DNA of 64,000 nucleotides from Tortispora ganteri (GCA_003707115.1 PPNB01000021.1:62001-126000); one strand, 5' to 3'; numbered from the stretch's first letter, positions 21,894 to 33,512 are shown. Notes: generated from the sequence alone by a model not told the origin. Numbers and translations: made by a program.

Positions 21894-22667
21894 ATGAATC
21901 AGGACCTTGCTTCGGTTTTTCCACTTCCACCTTACTATCAACACTTTACCTCTGAGAATGTGGAGGCGGCAAAACAATACACAGCAGATACTGCCCCTGC
22001 ACACTTGCAGTACCTTTTCCCTCCTCCTGCCCCAGTCGACGACGATGCCACCTACCTTTCATTTGGATCAGTATGGCCCGTGAAAACGAAGCTTCCTACA
22101 CTTGAAGAAATGGGGATACAGAACTTATCTAATATTGATCATGATCAGCCCGTTCTGGCTCCAGTTGAAGAGCTGCAAAAGCTATCGCGATCGCTTATTC
22201 TACAGTATCTAGAGCTGCTCGGTTGCTTAATTAACGCGCCGGAACAGTTCCCTACCCACATAGATAATATGCGCACGCTGTTTATCAATATGCACCACCT
22301 CATAAACATGTATAGACCGCATCAGGCGCGCGATGCGCTTGTGTTGCTGCTGGAACAGCAACTTAATAAGAAGATCGCGCATACGCAAGAGGTCCGTGAA
22401 ACATGCGATAAAATAGAGACTCTATTAGAGAAGACACTTTCAAAGGAACAAAAAAATGAATTGAAGGAAGATGAGTCAAATGCAATATCAAATGAGCATG
22501 GAATATTCACGAACCCGCTGGTGCAGGACATTTACAAAGTTTTAGACCAAGCAAGAGAAATTCGAGAACGCAACGAATCCATATTGAAGGCTGGACAACA
22601 ATCGCCTACAGAAGACGATCTTATGAGTCAAAAAATACATATACTTAAAGAAGCTGGTCTTCTTTGA
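21894..22667 (+). CDS. MED7: Mediator subunit 7
   Basis: SVFPLPPYYQHFT, YLFPPP, LPTLEEMGIQ, LFINMHHLINMYRPHQARDAL. Confidence 0.93.
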   Translation: MNQDLASVFPLPPYYQHFTSENVEAAKQYTADTAPAHLQYLFPPPAPVDDDATYLSFGSVWPVKTKLPTLEEMGIQNLSNIDHDQPVLAPVEELQKLSRSLILQYLELLGCLINAPEQFPTHIDNMRTLFINMHHLINMYRPHQARDALVLLLEQQLNKKIAHTQEVRETCDKIETLLEKTLSKEQKNELKEDESNAISNEHGIFTNPLVQDIYKVLDQAREIRERNESILKAGQQSPTEDDLMSQKIHILKEAGLL

Positions 22668-22716
22668 GTGGTGTGTGCAAATAGTAATTGAAGACGTTAT
22701 TTGTATTTTTTAGGTT

Positions 22717-24162
22717 CTACACATTTAGCTCCACCTTGGAACGAACAATGACATCTTCATAAGGCTTCAAAGCCTCAGCGACATCGGTAGCAATAAATTT
22801 GGCCGTCTGTTCGGGGGCGCGGCCAACAAAAGTTCGTGCATCAAGAAGCTGCTCAAGTTCGGCCCAAATAGGCTCAAAATAAGCAGTCTTCTTGATGCGT
22901 TCGATTAGATCGTTGTCGCCGCCTTCTTCCTTGACAACACGCGCTGCCTGATGAGACAAAACGCGGATTTGTTCATGGCATTCTTGACGATCGCCTCCCT
23001 TCGAGACCATAGCCATAATAATGTTTTCTGTGGCCATGAAGGGCAGCTCTGCGTTTATACGGCGCTCAATGACCTTGGGATATACAACCAGACCAGATGT
23101 GATGTTGATTAGCGTGGTGAGGACGATATCAGCAGTAAGAAAAGCGGACGGCAGCGAGACACGGCGAATAGCAGAATCGTCTAGTGTGCGCTCGAACCAT
23201 TGTACAGAGGCAGTAGACAGGGCATCCTGCAGCAAGGAGTGCAAGTGTCTCGAAAGAGAGCAGACTCGTTCGCTGCGCATTGGGTTTCTCTTGTAAGCCA
23301 TTGCCGATGAACCAATTTGTGACTTCTCAAAAGGCTCTTCAATCTCCTTTAGGTTGGCCAAGAGACGCAGATCAGTTGCGAGCTTGTGGGTAGAGGCGCC
23401 CATGGAAGCAAGCGGGGTAAGAACGTCGATGTCGATCTTACGTGAATAAGTTTGGCCAGACACTGGGTAGACTTTTGAAAAACCACAAAGTTCAGTGACC
23501 CTCTGATCCAGTTTCTCCACCTTGTCGTGATCGCCATGGAAAAGAGCGAGGAAAGAGGCCTGAGTGCCGGTGGTTCCCTTTACACCGCGGAGACCCAGAT
23601 CGTTTCTGGCGCGGCTTAAATTGCGCAAATCCCACAGAAGCTCCTGGATCCAAAGAGTGGCTCTTTTTCCTACAGTCGTTAGCTGAGCGGGCTGGAAGTG
23701 GGTCCATCCAAGGACAGGCATGTCCTTGTATTGAAGGGCGAACTGGCTAAGACGCTCAATGACAGTAGCAAGTTTCGGCAGAAGGATGTCATAACCCTGG
23801 CGTAAAAAGATCAGATCAGCATTGTCGGTAACGAAGCAAGAAGTAGCACCTAAATGAATAATTCCAGCAGCAGCAGGTGCAGATACTCCATACACGTGTA
23901 CATGAGACATCACGTCATGTCGAACAATTGCTTCCTGCTTCTCGGCAGCGACTATCTCCTCGTCAGTAATATCTACATGCGCCTTTAGTTGTTCAATGGC
24001 TTCATCCGTGATATTTAAACCTAACTCTTGCTCTGCTATGGCCAAATTAAGCCACAGCTTGCGCCAGGTCGAGTATCTTGTCTTCAAAGAAAACAGATTA
24101 GACATCTCCTTAGACGCATATCTAGTTGCTAGCGGTGTTTGATAATTGTCATACGAAGACAT
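22717..24162 (-). CDS. ADE13: Adenylosuccinate lyase
   Basis: [36 protein letters not shown], signature [15 protein letters not shown]. Confidence 0.97.
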   Translation of the reverse strand: MSSYDNYQTPLATRYASKEMSNLFSLKTRYSTWRKLWLNLAIAEQELGLNITDEAIEQLKAHVDITDEEIVAAEKQEAIVRHDVMSHVHVYGVSAPAAAGIIHLGATSCFVTDNADLIFLRQGYDILLPKLATVIERLSQFALQYKDMPVLGWTHFQPAQLTTVGKRATLWIQELLWDLRNLSRARNDLGLRGVKGTTGTQASFLALFHGDHDKVEKLDQRVTELCGFSKVYPVSGQTYSRKIDIDVLTPLASMGASTHKLATDLRLLANLKEIEEPFEKSQIGSSAMAYKRNPMRSERVCSLSRHLHSLLQDALSTASVQWFERTLDDSAIRRVSLPSAFLTADIVLTTLINITSGLVVYPKVIERRINAELPFMATENIIMAMVSKGGDRQECHEQIRVLSHQAARVVKEEGGDNDLIERIKKTAYFEPIWAELEQLLDARTFVGRAPEQTAKFIATDVAEALKPYEDVIVRSKVELNV

Positions 24163-24358
24163 TTTTATTTTCTCCTTAGCAGAAAATGGTAATTGAAAAA
24201 GATTTAAAGGTTTAAATAGGAAAGACTAGTAAGCTATAGAGCAAACGTAGTACTATAATTATCGAAAGGTATTTTTTTCGACTTACAAGTAAAATAAAGT
24301 TCAAATTTAGCTTCATTTCTATTAATTATAGTACCATGGAAACTACTTCATGGGTTGA

Positions 24359-24371
24359 CCCTAATATAGGG
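24359..24371. promoter_or_regulatory. Palindromic Tbf1-type site in the ADE13/RPS14 promoter
   Basis: CCCTAATATAGGG about 90 nt upstream of the RPS14 ATG. Confidence 0.55.
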
Positions 24372-24457
24372 CTGAACGTGACTGCGATTTATCACTATCC
24401 ACTCACGCAAAGTCCCAAATACTATTTCTACTGTACAGTTCGTCTTTATAATCAATA

Positions 24458-25059
24458 ATGGCTTCTAAAGCAGGTAAGTAAATACAACACGATGAAAAGA
24501 GGGTCTTTAGCTGGCCCATGAAGACGTGGAGTCTGCATTTATTGCATACCAATTTTGCGTCTTACTATCGGGTTGGCTGGCCATCTAGAAAGTTCATCAT
24601 TTCTTTCTTTTGATGCCCTGGCTAACATGTATCCCTTTAGACAACATCGCTCTTGGTCCTCAGGCTAAAGATGGCACCCTTGTTTTTGGTGTTGCCCGCA
24701 TTTTCGCTTCTTTCAATGATACCTTCGTTCACGTTACTGATCTTTCTGGACGTGAAACCATCGCTCGTGTTACCGGTGGTATGAAGGTCAAAGCTGACCG
24801 TGATGAATCCTCTCCCTACGCTGCTATGCTTGCTGCCCAAGATGTAGCGGCTAAATGCAAGGAAGTTGGTATCACTGCCCTCCACATCAAAATCCGTGCT
24901 ACCGGTGGTACTGGTACTAAGACCCCTGGTCCTGGTGCTCAAAGCGCTCTCCGTGCTTTGGCTCGTGCTGGTATGCGCATCGGCCGCATTGAAGACGTCA
25001 CTCCTATTCCATCCGACTCTACTCGCAAGAAAGGTGGTCGCCGTGGTCGTCGTCTCTGA
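24458..25059 (+). CDS. RPS14: 40S ribosomal protein uS11 (S14), exons 24458-24473 and 24641-25059
   Basis: ATGGCTTCTAAAGCAG|GTAAGT...GCTAAC...TAG|ACAAC; product includes [24 protein letters not shown]...[12 protein letters not shown]. Confidence 0.96.
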
Positions 25060-25222
25060 ACGTGCACGTCTTTTTACATGTGCATTGTATGGTATTCTAC
25101 GATTTGCTTGTAGCAAATGGCATGATGAATGATTGTCTTGAATAATTTGTAAATGCAAGTTGTATTGTGTAATTCGTACTGTTCTTGAAAAATGAGTATG
25201 ACTCTCATGCTAGAGATATCGA

Positions 25223-26338
25223 CTATGAGTTGTTGAACGACAGTCGTCTTGGGATAACCATTTCATCTTCTGATACTTCGGAAATGGTCGATGCGCTAGA
25301 CCGACGTCTTCGTTTCTGTGGTCGGATTCCTGGTTCAACAGGTGTAGGAGGCTGATTTAGTTCTGAAAACATATTGACAGGACTGCGTAACAATTTTTCT
25401 TCGTAGACCTTGTTGTTATTTGACCCTGATTGTGGAGTGAGCAGCGGTGGTAGCATGTTTTCGGGCCGCTGAGGGGTTTTGCTTTGAGATACAGCTGCTG
25501 ATTCTTGCTGCGACGATGAACTAGGCGGAGAAACAAACGTGGTGTTGACAGAGCTAGTGTCACGCAACGTTTGTGGTTGTTCTTCTTGCGACAACACCTG
25601 CGTAGCTAACATGCCCAAAGTGTCTAGACCGCTTTCTACAGCAGAATGTTGCGAAGATGAAACTTGAGAGTGGTGTAATGCAGCAGAAGGATTCGAGTGA
25701 GTGCGTGATAACGATGTCACATTTGGCGTGGGAAGTATGTTCGCGCTGTAGCGTCTGAGTGGAGGACCAGTGGGGCTTATGACATAGCGTCTTAAGCGTT
25801 CTTTCAATTTCGTTATTTCTGCTGATTTTTCGGCGCATTCTGTCTGCGTCTCTTTCAGCTTCTGCTTAGCCTTGTACAATCTACGCCGGTACGTTTCGGC
25901 GAGTTCCTGCATAAACGTCAATTCATCGGATACATTGACGTTTACATTCTGGTCAGGTAGAAGCAAATCGACTTGCCGCTTAGCTATTTGAGACTCGACA
26001 AGCTGTCTTTGTTGAGACTCATGCGCTTCAATTGTGAGTAGTTGTGTTTGCAGATGGTAGTGCGATATTGACGACTTGGCAGACTTTAGTTGTTTAGCGA
26101 GCGCTTGTATTGTCGTTTCAGCTTTCTTTAGCCTCTCACGCGCAGGCAGCAGTTCTAATGTATCGATCATGGCGCCAGTCATAGGATCTGGCCATAATGC
26201 GTCGATGTCGGTAGTAGTATCAGCAGCCTTCATGATCTCTGGTGATCGTAGAATCGGCGTAGATGAGATCGACGGGGACAGCGCGGGACCAGCATTCGCA
26301 ATAGAAGGCATCTCTTCGGATTGAGACTGATTATCCAT
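25223..26338 (-). CDS. FDO1: Coiled-coil nuclear protein, probable Fdo1 (YMR144W) homolog
   Basis: Coiled coil (IQALAKQL...QLLT...RQLVE..IAKRQ) and GLDTLGMLATQVL resemble my recollection of S. cerevisiae Fdo1 (LNTLGILATHVL); basic KRRRR near C-terminus. Confidence 0.6.
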   Translation of the reverse strand: MDNQSQSEEMPSIANAGPALSPSISSTPILRSPEIMKAADTTTDIDALWPDPMTGAMIDTLELLPARERLKKAETTIQALAKQLKSAKSSISHYHLQTQLLTIEAHESQQRQLVESQIAKRQVDLLLPDQNVNVNVSDELTFMQELAETYRRRLYKAKQKLKETQTECAEKSAEITKLKERLRRYVISPTGPPLRRYSANILPTPNVTSLSRTHSNPSAALHHSQVSSSQHSAVESGLDTLGMLATQVLSQEEQPQTLRDTSSVNTTFVSPPSSSSQQESAAVSQSKTPQRPENMLPPLLTPQSGSNNNKVYEEKLLRSPVNMFSELNQPPTPVEPGIRPQKRRRRSSASTISEVSEDEMVIPRRLSFNNS

Positions 26339-26715
26339 GCAGAAAGTGAGTTTCTCTGCTGTTGAGTCCTGAAGGATTCAGTTTGTGTTTATATAGTATT
26401 GATAGTCAATAAACAAGGGACTTCAGGGGTGATACTCTTAAACTCAAACGTCTATTATCTGACAAGTAGCACGCCTGCAATCGAGCAATCAATAACAATA
26501 AATAAGTCGTCCAAATTAGTTTCAATAAATATGCAACTATGCTCAATTTCAAGCAATATTTTTCAATAAAGAAGGAAATGTAAAAGGAGGAATTAATACG
26601 ATGTGAAATGACTATAGACTTTGCGTACCCCAGGCAGGCAGGTCAATTTACCCAATCGGGAAAGACAGGCTGGAACTGTTTAGCAGTTACCATGGCGACT
26701 ATATCAATTAGTTAC

Positions 26716-27570
26716 CTAATGGATACGGTGTATGAGTGTAACGAGGTCAGCGCGCCAGTGGCCGTCGAGTTCTTCATTAACGAGACTTTCGAGCTGTATA
26801 AGATGATTTTCCAAAAATGGTATACTGATAATACTGATCATGTGGTCAGGTGTATGCTGGATCTGGATATCCCAGAGTGTTAAGAGATGTTTGTAAAAGG
26901 CTGGAGATTTGGATAGGAAAGAAGGAGCGTTACAGAGGATGGCCATCCATGATTTCCATTGATCAATTGCAGAGACGTTAGAAATAAGTGCACCGAGTAT
27001 CCAGGAGAGCTGTATCTCGGTAGCGAGACAGCTCAGGTCGACAGGGATTTGCCATGATCTGTCGAGAGCGAGGGCGGTCAGATCTGTTCCATGTACATCT
27101 TTTGATCGTGTGCGATTGAAATTGAGATCAGAAAATTTTAGCAGATCTTGAGAGCTGAGAGACTCGCCTAAAAGATTGGCATCAAGCTCATCGGTGAGAG
27201 TTGGAGTCGCTGAAGAAACCATAAAAGAAGGAGGCAGGATTCTTCTCAAATGGATAACTGATATTTCTGAAACGAGGTCGCGCCAAACTGCAAGTGGACG
27301 CGATTCTGGAAACTGAATAAGTCCTACATAACTCATTTGTGACGTAAGTTCAACAAATGACTCTGTTTCTGCTACATACTGCAAGATCAAGGTAGTTTCG
27401 GAATTAGCTATGAATAATTTAGCAGTTCGAAGAGAGTCAATTGAAACGCCCCAATGAAAGACATGAAACCCTGGAGGAATATGTGAGAAGCCTAAAAAAT
27501 TTTTTGCTTCAAAGAAATGCAAATCTATGCCCAGTAACAGGGACGGGCAATCGAGAAGGACAAGGTCCAT
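26716..27570 (-). CDS. AAR2: U5 snRNP assembly factor Aar2
   Basis: First ATG at 27570; LLGIDL..F...NFLGFSHIPPGFHVFHW, LT..ALDRSW, EIQLSWI, QWK. Confidence 0.85.
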   Translation of the reverse strand: MDLVLLDCPSLLLGIDLHFFEAKNFLGFSHIPPGFHVFHWGVSIDSLRTAKLFIANSETTLILQYVAETESFVELTSQMSYVGLIQFPESRPLAVWRDLVSEISVIHLRRILPPSFMVSSATPTLTDELDANLLGESLSSQDLLKFSDLNFNRTRSKDVHGTDLTALALDRSWQIPVDLSCLATEIQLSWILGALISNVSAIDQWKSWMAILCNAPSFLSKSPAFYKHLLTLWDIQIQHTPDHMISIISIPFLENHLIQLESLVNEELDGHWRADLVTLIHRIH

Positions 27571-27756
27571 TGAAGGAGAGTCGAATGCGAAGTGCAAAGC
27601 ATAAAGTAACCGGAAAGATAACTATTTTTAGAGACTTATTACTGTACATTCTTTAAATTGATAATTTAAAACGTAAGAATAGAATAGATTCTACATCATA
27701 TCATAAGTGGCCGCAGCCCCGTATACGCTAATATAGCAATAGCAATACAGAAAGGC

Positions 27757-28200
27757 TTAACGGTATGATTTTTGGTAGCGAGCGCGAGCACCGGGACCAC
27801 CGAACTTCTTGGGCTCCATTCTGCGGCTATCAGCAACAAGAAGAGACTTGTCGTAATCAACAAGAGCCTTCTTGAGCTCGAGCTTAGACTGCTCGTCAAC
27901 GTATTTCTGGTGATAGGCGACAATGGCCTTGGCAATGGCTTGTCTTATAGCATATACTTGAGAAACGTGACCACCACCAGTAACGCGTACACGGATATCC
28001 ACATAGGCAAACTTATCTAAACCAACAACTAAAAGAGGTTCGTATACTTTGAATCTTAGAACTTCGGGTTCGACGAGGTTAATGGGGCATCCGTTAATCT
28101 TCAAGAGACCACGGCCAGCTTTGCAGTAAGCAACAGCAGTAGCGGTCTTCTTTTTGCCAAAGGTCTGAACGCTTTGGATAACTTTGTCTTGTGAATCCAT
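27757..28200 (-). CDS. RPS16: 40S ribosomal protein uS9 (S16), intronless CDS
   Basis: [51 protein letters not shown]. Confidence 0.97.
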   Translation of the reverse strand: MDSQDKVIQSVQTFGKKKTATAVAYCKAGRGLLKINGCPINLVEPEVLRFKVYEPLLVVGLDKFAYVDIRVRVTGGGHVSQVYAIRQAIAKAIVAYHQKYVDEQSKLELKKALVDYDKSLLVADSRRMEPKKFGGPGARARYQKSYR

Positions 28201-28315
28201 GCTGAAGGGTGTATGTGATTTGATGTGTTAACAAGACTTAAGTAACTGCTTGAGTGTTGTTGGGTCTGCTGGGTGTGTTTCCCGGTTTGCGTTAAAATGG
28301 GACTGCTATGTTTGT

Positions 28316-28344
28316 ACCCTATTGTTGCTATGCCAACATAGGGT
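28316..28344. promoter_or_regulatory. Inverted TAGGGT pair upstream of RPS16
   Basis: ACCCTAttgttg ctatgc caacaTAGGGT. Confidence 0.5.
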
Positions 28345-29331
28345 TATATGTAATGCTACTTTACAGTCTATGGGAGAGCATTTAACCAACGCTGGCAGAC
28401 AGTTTCAGGAAAAGCAGATGTTACAGATTTACTTATACCTTGATCCAGATAAAAACGTTTTGTAGACATAGAGAACCACAGCGAAGCGTATTTTGATCGC
28501 GAGTTCGGAATGTGGCTGAGTAGCACTAAGACTGTTAAGGTTGAAACTTTTCCGGAGCGGTATAACGCGAAAGTCATAGCGGTCCCATCACTATATACTA
28601 GGGCGTTAAGGTGCTATAAGCTATACTTTATACAATACATTACGTAGTAGTATTTATTATTAGAACTATATTACTTCATTTAGAATAATGAATCGCACCT
28701 TAGGCTAGATTAGTTGCTTGCTTTAGAAGGGGAGAATGATGTGTCACTAAAATTAGACTTTTAAGCTACACCATCTCTCCCCTCACCTGCTTCTCTCCCA
28801 TTCGCGCTAGGCACACCTAGCAATCGACTCTACCTTCGAAAATCTTCCTCTGTAAAAGAACATAATTTCTCTAGCCTTTTCACGCTATTGATTTGTCTTA
28901 GAATTTTTGAATTCTGGTTTTACACATTTCAATTTGGTCGAGAACTCCTTTTTTCTAACGCAAAAAGCCAATTATTTGCCTCCTTTGAACTTTCAGCAGC
29001 TCAACGTTAATTACTGCTACACTTCCGCCCCTCCCCCCTTTCTTCCGCCCGTTTACCTTTTGCTCCTTCTTTCTCTCCAGCCCTGAAGAAAAAAATATCC
29101 GTAGCAAACATACCACTAGCAATAGCCTTCAATATTTGAGTCCTTGCCTCTTCTTCTTCACCAATACAACTTCTCACTCATCTCCACATTATCCGGAGAG
29201 CGCGAAGAATATTTACTATACGATCCACTATTGTATCGCTCCCTTCATTCTGCTAACCTTTATTGATTATAGATCATACACACACAGAAAAATTTACAAT
29301 TACCTCTCTGCTTAGCTTATAATCGTTGCAA

Positions 29332-30579
29332 ATGTCCTCTTCCGCAATGGCTTTATCTCCATTTCCTTCCTCACCCGCAGTCGGCCAAAGAACCCTTAGA
29401 ACTACTTCTTCTATCGCTCCTCCTCTACCCGCTGCAGTGTCTACCGATCCAGATTTCACCGCTGACCATTACCAACAGGTGCAGCTTACTCTCAGAGCAG
29501 TCGTATCCTCCAAGGAAGCCGGCGTTATCATAGGTAAGGCCGGGAGAACAGTCGCTAGCTTAAGAGACGCTACTGGCGTTAAAGCTGGCGTTTCCAAACC
29601 TATTCCGGGCGTGCACGATCGTATCCTTACCGTATCTGGCCATATAAACGCAATAGCCGAGGCTTATGCAATGATAGCCGATTGCCTTATTAATGCCTCT
29701 CCTTCCGATTACTCCTCCCTGAGTTCTCCTGGCACTGCGACTATACGTCTGCTTATATCCCACAACCAAATGGGTACGATTATTGGCCGACAGGGCGCTA
29801 AGATAAAGTCTATTCAGGAATCCTGCAAAGTTCGCATGACTGCTTCCAAAGAAATGCTAGATCAATCAACAGAACGTGTTGTTGAGGTGCAAGGCGCTAC
29901 TGATGGTATGCGTGCCGCTATCTGGGAAATAGCTAAGTGCCTTGTTGATGATTGGCAGCATGCTGCTGGAACTGTATACTATCAACCAGGAACACGCTCC
30001 TCTAAGATTTCGTCCTCAGCCAGCGGCACTGCTGCTTCTTCATCCTCAGTTGCGAATAGGAATTCTCCAAAGTCATGGACCGGCCATGTTGCCGACTCTA
30101 TGCCTGCAGATGCACTTGCTGACATGGAAGCGCCTCCTCCACAGGTAGCAGCAGCTGCTGCGGCAGCCGCTGCTGAAGCTGTGATTCGTATTAGAGGGGA
30201 GCCTTCTGCACCTGCTGATACATCTGGCATTCCTGCGGTTAATCCTGGTTCGTCTGACGCAGGTGCCAATGGCTCATCTGATGCCGAAGAAGAACCTGAA
30301 TTAGAATCGCAGAATATTTCTATACCTGACAGCATGGTTGGATGTTTGATCGGTCGTGGTGGCTCTAAGATTCAGACTATCCGCCGATTATCCAATGCCA
30401 GAATCTCAATCCCGCGTCATCCACAGGACGATTCTGGAAATCGTGTTTTCTCTATCGTTGGCACTGGCTCGGCTATTGACAAGGCCATTTACTTGTTATA
30501 TGAACAGTTAGAAATTGAAAGATTGAGACGACAAGAAGAGCAACAGCAGCAGCAACAAGAATCGTCTGATAGTTCTTAA
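29332..30579 (+). CDS. Triple KH-domain RNA-binding protein (hnRNP K/PCBP-like; Hek2/Pbp2/Rnc1 family)
   Basis: Three GxxG loops: AGVIIGKAG, MGTIIGRQG, VGCLIGRGG; poly-Ala and poly-Gln tracts. Confidence 0.9.
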   Translation: MSSSAMALSPFPSSPAVGQRTLRTTSSIAPPLPAAVSTDPDFTADHYQQVQLTLRAVVSSKEAGVIIGKAGRTVASLRDATGVKAGVSKPIPGVHDRILTVSGHINAIAEAYAMIADCLINASPSDYSSLSSPGTATIRLLISHNQMGTIIGRQGAKIKSIQESCKVRMTASKEMLDQSTERVVEVQGATDGMRAAIWEIAKCLVDDWQHAAGTVYYQPGTRSSKISSSASGTAASSSSVANRNSPKSWTGHVADSMPADALADMEAPPPQVAAAAAAAAAEAVIRIRGEPSAPADTSGIPAVNPGSSDAGANGSSDAEEEPELESQNISIPDSMVGCLIGRGGSKIQTIRRLSNARISIPRHPQDDSGNRVFSIVGTGSAIDKAIYLLYEQLEIERLRRQEEQQQQQQESSDSS

Positions 30580-31015
30580 AGGAGATACAGTTTGATACTT
30601 TCTGCGCTACCTTAAAAAAAAAAAAAAGAAATACAGAAGCAATGAAACCAAAGCGGAGAAGAATATTAAGCTTCCCAAGAGCGGAATATTACTTTTTTGC
30701 GCTTTCTTACTACCTTTATTGTATGGGTTTCATCATACTACATATACTAAAATTGGGCACTCATATACATCTATTTATATATACATATCCTTAATTTATG
30801 ATGCTACCGTGGCTTTCGCCCTTCTTGCTTTCTGTGATTCTCCTTGTAATATTCGTTCTACTTTATTATGTTTTATGTCAGTTTACATAGTCCTGTGATT
30901 ATACCTACACTCAGATTATTATACAATAACTGTGCCATTTTAGTAATCGTAGCTATAATTATAGCGTCATTGTATGTGTATTTCGATCTTAGAACCACTG
31001 CAAGTTTGCATATTG

Positions 31016-31570
31016 TCATTTAGCTGGAGGTCTTGTTCTATCTGATCCGGGTCTTTGCATTTTACGGCTACTCGAAAGTTTGGGCTGCAGTATTTTTCTG
31101 TCCCGCAGAGAGCAGCCAGATGTCTGAAATGACGACGAAAAGGTGAATTTTATAGGCGGAGCAGGAGTCGGTGCGCTGGCGATTTTGTTGACAGTCGATT
31201 GCGACATCGATTCGAGTGAAGAGTCAGTGCTCCGCAGTTTTCTGCGTTTACTAGGAGTTGAGTTGATGGTTGTTTCCCGCTTTCCCCTAGAATTCACCGA
31301 GTCTTTCAAGATAATCTCATTAGTGTAAGAATGCGGTATTTGTGCCGGGCGTGGCTGCGGTCTACGAGGTCTTTTGGCAGCATAATGGTTCGTGAGCGAG
31401 TCCATTCGTGCAAAAGAAGAAGCATGTACGGACGAGAAGCGTGATCGTGCTGGCCGGACATTATGAGAGACAAGCCGTTGATTAGCACGCAGCGTTGAAG
31501 GAGCAATCTGGGAAGCTCTGGACTCGACTTCAGATAGAATCAAGTCTATGTCGTTCTTTTTCGATGACAT
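31016..31570 (-). CDS. Small basic disordered protein with a NuSAP-like motif
   Basis: 184-aa ATG ORF, R/K/S/P-rich, head-to-head with KRI1; motif RFSSVHASSFARMDSLTNHY. Confidence 0.65.
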   Translation of the reverse strand: MSSKKNDIDLILSEVESRASQIAPSTLRANQRLVSHNVRPARSRFSSVHASSFARMDSLTNHYAAKRPRRPQPRPAQIPHSYTNEIILKDSVNSRGKRETTINSTPSKRRKLRSTDSSLESMSQSTVNKIASAPTPAPPIKFTFSSSFQTSGCSLRDRKILQPKLSSSRKMQRPGSDRTRPPAK

Positions 31571-31747
31571 ATGTAATGCGCATTGACGTTGTTTATGATA
31601 TACCCAAATTAGAGTAATTTAACTGGAGTTACCCGGCGTAATGTCCCAGTGAGAAAATGCTGACGAAAAAAAGGAAAACCTCTAAAGAGTGTCCTTTTTT
31701 CTTTTTTTATTTCATTTTTTTTTCTCTTGGCTTTGTAGACAAACATT

Positions 31748-33259
31748 ATGCCTAGGAAATCGAAAAAGGCAAGATCCGAGAAACCTAAGTCGATATTTGA
31801 AGAGGAGTCGAATGACGAGAAAGAGGTGACGTTGTCGATCAACGAGGACTATGCAAAACGATTCCAACACAACAAGGAGCGTGAAGAGCTTGAACGGCTG
31901 AAATCCAAGTATGATAGTGATGAGGACATGAGTTCGAGTTCTGACGAAGACGAAGACGCCGAAATGATCACAGGCAAAGTGGAAGAGAAGTTTCAAGAGG
32001 TACTACAGGCTATTCGATCCGATGATTCACGTCTGTTTGACAAAAATGTGCGGTTCTTTGACGATGTCGACCTGGAACAGCCCAAGTCAAAAGAAAAGCC
32101 CGTTTACCTAAAAGATTACCAGCGCGAACGACTGCTAAATGGTGAAATGGACAAGGAAGAAGGTGAGGGCGAGTATCGGTCCTACGTAGAGCAGGAAGCC
32201 GAGGAAAGAGATCAGATCGTTAACGAGATGCACGAAGCTGCAGAATCAGCAGACGAGGATGAAGATTTCCTCGTAAAGTCTGCGAAGAAGCGCGAAGTGA
32301 CAGCCGTAGCTCTTCCAGATCCTAATGAAGACAAAGAGGCGTTTCTGAATGCGTACGTGTCTAATCCGAAGGCCTGGAAGCAGAGATCAGATGGTGACAC
32401 TGGCTATCGGTTCGAAGAAGACGAGGACGAGTTTGACGACAAAGTAGATCGGTTTGAAGCAGAATATAATTTCAGATTCGAAGAGCCTGGATCATCAGAA
32501 ATCGTTTCGTTTGCCCGAAATGTGGATTCAGTGAGGCGAGAAGAAGTATCTTCGCGGAAGAGGGCCCGCCAAGCCGAGAAGGAGAAGAAAGAAGAAGAGA
32601 AAAAGCGAAAGCAGGAAGAGATATCGAGAATGAAAAACCTCAAGACAAAACAGGTTATGAAGAAACTCGAAAAAGTACAGAAAGCGATTGGGGACGAGGC
32701 GGATGCCTCAAAAATCACGCCAGAAGACCTGGAGAAAGATTTCGATCCCAATGAATGGGACGATTTGACGAGAAAAGTGTTCAACGAAGTGTTCTACTCT
32801 AAGAGTGATGCCAAAAAACCCGAGTGGGATGATGATATACCTATAGATGACATTGTTTCTGAGCCAGAAGAAGACTTCTCCAAGAAGATTGTGGAGAAGC
32901 ACAGTAAAAAGCGAAAACATAGCCACAAGAATGAGTTTCGCGATCTAGTCGAAACCATTGTCGAGAAAGAGCTGACTGAAGTACCCGATTTGCCAGAAGA
33001 TAAGCGTTTCAGGTACAGAGAAGTATCACCGGATACTTACGGCCTTACTGCTGAAGACATATTTCTCGCTGACGACAAGGCACTCAATACCTATATGAGT
33101 CTGCGAAAGATGGCCCCTTACCGACCAGAAGAGAAGAAACAGAAAGACCGCAAAACGCTGTCGAAGAAGAAACGTTTAAAGGAATGGAGGAAATCAGTAT
33201 TCGGGTCTGCGGATGGGCCTCAAAAAGAACAGATCGACAAGCTATTCGGAAAAATATAG
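31748..33259 (+). CDS. KRI1: 40S biogenesis factor Kri1
   Basis: LSINEDYAKRFQHNKEREEL, FEAEYNFRFEEP, FRYREVSPDTYGLTAEDIFLADDKALN.YMSLRKMAPYR. Confidence 0.95.
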   Translation: MPRKSKKARSEKPKSIFEEESNDEKEVTLSINEDYAKRFQHNKEREELERLKSKYDSDEDMSSSSDEDEDAEMITGKVEEKFQEVLQAIRSDDSRLFDKNVRFFDDVDLEQPKSKEKPVYLKDYQRERLLNGEMDKEEGEGEYRSYVEQEAEERDQIVNEMHEAAESADEDEDFLVKSAKKREVTAVALPDPNEDKEAFLNAYVSNPKAWKQRSDGDTGYRFEEDEDEFDDKVDRFEAEYNFRFEEPGSSEIVSFARNVDSVRREEVSSRKRARQAEKEKKEEEKKRKQEEISRMKNLKTKQVMKKLEKVQKAIGDEADASKITPEDLEKDFDPNEWDDLTRKVFNEVFYSKSDAKKPEWDDDIPIDDIVSEPEEDFSKKIVEKHSKKRKHSHKNEFRDLVETIVEKELTEVPDLPEDKRFRYREVSPDTYGLTAEDIFLADDKALNTYMSLRKMAPYRPEEKKQKDRKTLSKKKRLKEWRKSVFGSADGPQKEQIDKLFGKI

Positions 33260-33512
33260 CTATAGTATCTATAACTTCTATATAATTCTCGACCAATGTA
33301 TATACGCGGCTGTTAGAGTTCATAATTGTGTCCTAATGTGGAAAGCGAAAAAAAGTCGGAAAGTACTCCGAGATATTGTCAGGGTCAAGGGTACCCTCCC
33401 CTGCTTCTCCTTTAAAAAAATCTTGCTCGATCGCATACTCTTCTTCCCTTTTAACACTCGCGAAACTAAAGCAGTCTCCTTTGTTTGTGTTACAAAAGAA
33501 TTTATATTCACA

